Source of the DNA: Chlorokybus atmophyticus
Lineage: Eukaryota > Plantae > Mesostigma and Chlorokybus algae
DNA: 64,000 bases
Assembly: GCA_009103225.1 (NCBI GenBank)
Contig: RHPI01000585.1
Coordinates: forward strand, 248,001 to 312,000
Direction: 5' to 3'
Position 1 is the stretch's first letter. Each line of letters opens with the position of its first letter. A program made the position numbers and the translations under genes. Positions 61,062 through 64,000 of this stretch are shown here, in pieces. The notes below the pieces were generated by a model. That model saw only the letters and a list, made by a program, of their open reading frames with translations. It searched no databases and was not told the DNA's origin.

Positions 61062-61528
61062 CTGGGGGGTCGCTATGGGTCGATAGCACGGTGGCTACAC
61101 CCAGCACCCAAGTGCATTACAATACAAATGCGCAAGTGTACAGATATAGGCTGATCTATACACAAGGTCTGCACTAGGGTGCTAGGCTACAACAACGGGA
61201 ACTACTGCTTCTTCACGCCAGGTGCGAAAGTCACGCGCTACTTCGGTCTTCGACTTATCGATGGCGCCACTGCTGCCGACGCCGAGGTCGAAGCCTGAGA
61301 AGCCTGTACACCTGCAAAGTAAACCACACTCGCCACCCACGCCAAGGATGGCGCCGCCGTGCTAGGGTTTTAAGCAACTAGATAAGGAGCTTGTGACTCA
61401 CAACTCACGTCTACTGAGTGCTGGTGCCCTCAAGTGCCCAAGGCACTAGGGGCACAGGAGTCTCATAACTCATTAACGAGTTCTTGAGTTCATGGGCGCG
61501 CATTTCATGCGCTTTATGAACTCATATG
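61062..61528 (-). mobile_element. 467-bp DIRS terminal unit (A-C-partial B) inserted in chromovirus 2 pol
   Basis: Splits IRPSK|SPYGAP. Homologous to 40960-41430; no coding sequence and no TSD. Confidence 0.93.
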
Positions 61529-63462
61529 TCCCCCTATGGTGCACCTATTTTGTTTATACGAAAGAAGAACGGGAGCTTGCGCATGTGCGTCGACTACCGA
61601 GCTCTCAACAACATCACGAAGAGGAATTGCTTTCCACTTCCACATATCGACGAGTTGCTGGAGCAATTGCAAGGTGCGCAGTACTTTACAACACTTGATC
61701 TTGCTGGAGGTTATCACCAAATCCGCATCGCGCCCGAGGATGTGGAGAAAACAGCATTTAATACACGTTATGGGCACTACGAGTGGTTGGTCATGTCCTT
61801 CGGGCTTATGAACGCACCGGCAACATTTCAAACGCTTATGAACAGCGTTTTGGCTGACTTGATTGGTAAGGGAATCCTCGTGTACCTCGACGACATTTTG
61901 GTGTACGCGAAAACCAAGGAGGAGCACGTGGCACTTCTACGGCGCGTGTTGCAGCGTTTGCGCGAACACAAGTTGTACGCCCAGCTACAAAAGTGCAAAT
62001 TCTTGCTTCGAGAGGTGGAGTACCTAGGCCACATTGTGTCGCATGAAGGCATCAAGCCGGACCCCAACAAAGTGCAGGTGGTGCTCGAGTGGGCTTCCCC
62101 AACCAACGTAAAGGAGGTGATGTCCTTTTTAGGCCTTGCGGGGTATCATCGCAAGTTTATCATGGGGTTTTCGCGCATAGCTGCTCCCTTGACTGCCCTA
62201 CTCAAGAAGGGAAAGCCTTGAAGCTGGTCAGCAACAGAGGAACATGCAATTGCTGCGTTGAAGAAGGCGCTATTGGTGGCACAAAATCGGCAGAAGCAGT
62301 ACGCAGACGCGCATCGCCGACACCTCACGTTTCAGGAAGGCGACATTGTGTTACACTCCGCAAAGCACATACAGGTGCGTACGGGAGTTTGCAAGCTGAA
62401 TGAACGCTGGTTGGGACCATTTAAGGTCAGCAAAGTTGTCTCGGACGTGGCGTAAAAGCTGGAGCTACCCGACACCATGCGTGTGCACCCCGTTTTTCAC
62501 GTCTCCCTTCTGGAAGCATACCGAGGACAACCGCTAGAAAGGCCGCCCCCCGAAGTTGGCACGGACGGTGAACCAGAGTGGGAGGTAGAAGACATCCTTG
62601 GTGAGAAGTTTGTGCATGGCGTACGCATGTTTTTAGTGAAATGGAAGGGCTATCCGTTGCATGAAGCATCCTGGGAGCCAGAGGCACACTTGACTAATGC
62701 TCAAGGTGTTGTGCGTGCCTATCTTGCTCGACGACAACCTCGCGAGCTTCGAGGACGAAGCTCACCTGGGGGGGGAGGAGTGTAACAGTCAAGGCCAAAT
62801 TCTGTGATTTTCATGGCCGTTTTAGGCCTTATTTGTAAGGTACATGTTTTTTACGACTTGTGGCGGATATCGGCGAGTTATGAGTCTGCCGCGGATATCG
62901 GCCGGGGCCCCAAGACCAGTCCGGAAGGTGCCAGAAAACGGAGGCCAGTCGGGGCCAGTCGAGAAGGGCTCGACCAGATTTCTGAAAGGGCCTGGCGCCA
63001 AGTAGTATAACTTGACCATATGAGCAGCAAATTAGGAGATCTTTGGTGCGTTAAAGAGGTCTAGAAGTGTACTATAGGATTCTGCAATTATATCTTAGCT
63101 TCTAGTTCCGTCTAGCGCTAGAATCGTCTAGACAGTAGCATGTGCAGACTGGTAGGTATAAAAGTGACATTCTACAATTTGCAATACAACCTTTAGCTCC
63201 CTAGTTTCTTGTGTGCAAGCTTGGTGGTGGCTAGAAGCGGGTTGCTAGCGTGTGTCCACTGGTGTGTGCTTGCTTGTGTGACGATCCAAGGCGCTACACA
63301 AGTCGGTGTGTAGCTTCGAGCGCATGCGCGTGCGTACGCGAGTGGCGGGGCGCGCGTGTGTGCTTGGCCGAGGGGGCAAGGTTCCGGTGTGAATACCGTG
63401 TCTGGATGAGAGGGTTGTGGATTGGACCAACTCACAGGTGACAAGGCACGAGCACCGTCACA

Positions 63463-64000
63463 CGCCCGAACACATCAGCGTCATTGCGTGTACCCCGCAA
63501 TGCCCTGATTGTACCATCGGCAAAGGAATTTGCCACTGACATGCAAGAGAATCTGGCTCGAGCCAAGCTATGTCTGTAAAAAGCACAGGACAGGCAAAAA
63601 GCTTATGATGATACACATCGAAGAATGGCCGCTTTCGATGTCGGCGATAAAGTTTTGCTTTTAACGCAAAGAACATAACCATGAAAGGTACGGGTGCTCG
63701 CAAGTTGCTGCCCCGATGGTTAGGTCCTTTCTCTATCATTGATAGAGTTGGTACGCACGCTTATCGACTGCAATTGCCCCCAAGTGTGTGTATACACAAC
63801 GTGTTTCATGTGAACTTGTTGAAACCTTACCGCTCAGACGGTAGAACACAGCCACCACCACCGCCAGTTGAGGTGGACAGCGAGCTCGAATACAAGGTGG
63901 AAGCTATATTGAACCATAAGCCAAATAGCCGAGGACGCGCAACTCGCTATTTGGTGAAATGGAAAGGGTATGGCCCAGAACATAACAGTTGGGAGCCCAA
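63463..64000 (+). mobile_element. Chromovirus 1 continuation: IN C-terminus and chromodomain
   Basis: KLLPRWLGPF, HNVFHVNLLKPY and EYKVEAILNHK..RYLVKWKGYGPEHNSWEP; continues from TPFFLNYG before the TSD. Confidence 0.93.

Larger units (their letters stand above)
58325..63462 (+). mobile_element. Ty3/gypsy chromovirus 2: LTR-bounded, RH/IN core deleted, chromodomain retained
   Basis: TSD CGCCC at 58320-58324 and 63463-63467; LTRs 58325-59005 and 62781-63462, roughly 97-98% identical by eye; PBS TGGTATCGGAGC; PPT GGGGGGGGAGGAG; chromodomain EWEVEDILGEK..FLVKWKGYPLHEASWEP. Confidence 0.97.

Noticed and set aside
19522-64000. Numerous antisense and alternate-frame ORFs within TEs
   Set aside because: Shadow ORFs of TE coding sequence or LTRs, with no independent evidence.

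Overview
Eukaryotic genomic DNA with short spliceosomal introns. A green alga is likely, but this is inferred from TE content and gene types. The first ~15 kb is gene-bearing: the last exon of an ALG11-type mannosyltransferase, a 5-exon MARVEL-type membrane protein, a peptidoglycan-binding-like (PGBD) protein with a C-terminal TM helix, a 7-exon PAM2+2xRRM (CID11-like) gene and a weak hypothetical gene. From ~15 kb to the end no host gene could be confidently identified; the region is a nested TE island. It holds a Helitron remnant, three Ty1/copia LTR families (one degenerate near-full copy, one partial copy, two internally deleted mini-elements, solo LTRs, several with exact 5-bp TSDs) and L1/Tx1 LINE fragments. 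It also holds two nested Ty3/gypsy chromoviruses and five pieces of a tyrosine-recombinase (DIRS/PAT-like) retrotransposon family with split direct repeats and an adenine-methyltransferase-like domain. I found no clearly new enzymatic system. The most unusual signals are the DIRS family architecture and its GAGTT junction preference, a 467-bp DIRS terminal unit inserted in a chromovirus pol, dense TTGAC(C/T) arrays in copia LTRs, a motif shared across retrotransposon orders, an RNaseH/integrase-less but young-looking chromovirus, and several near-perfect long hairpins. All identities and percentages were judged by eye; no searches were run.
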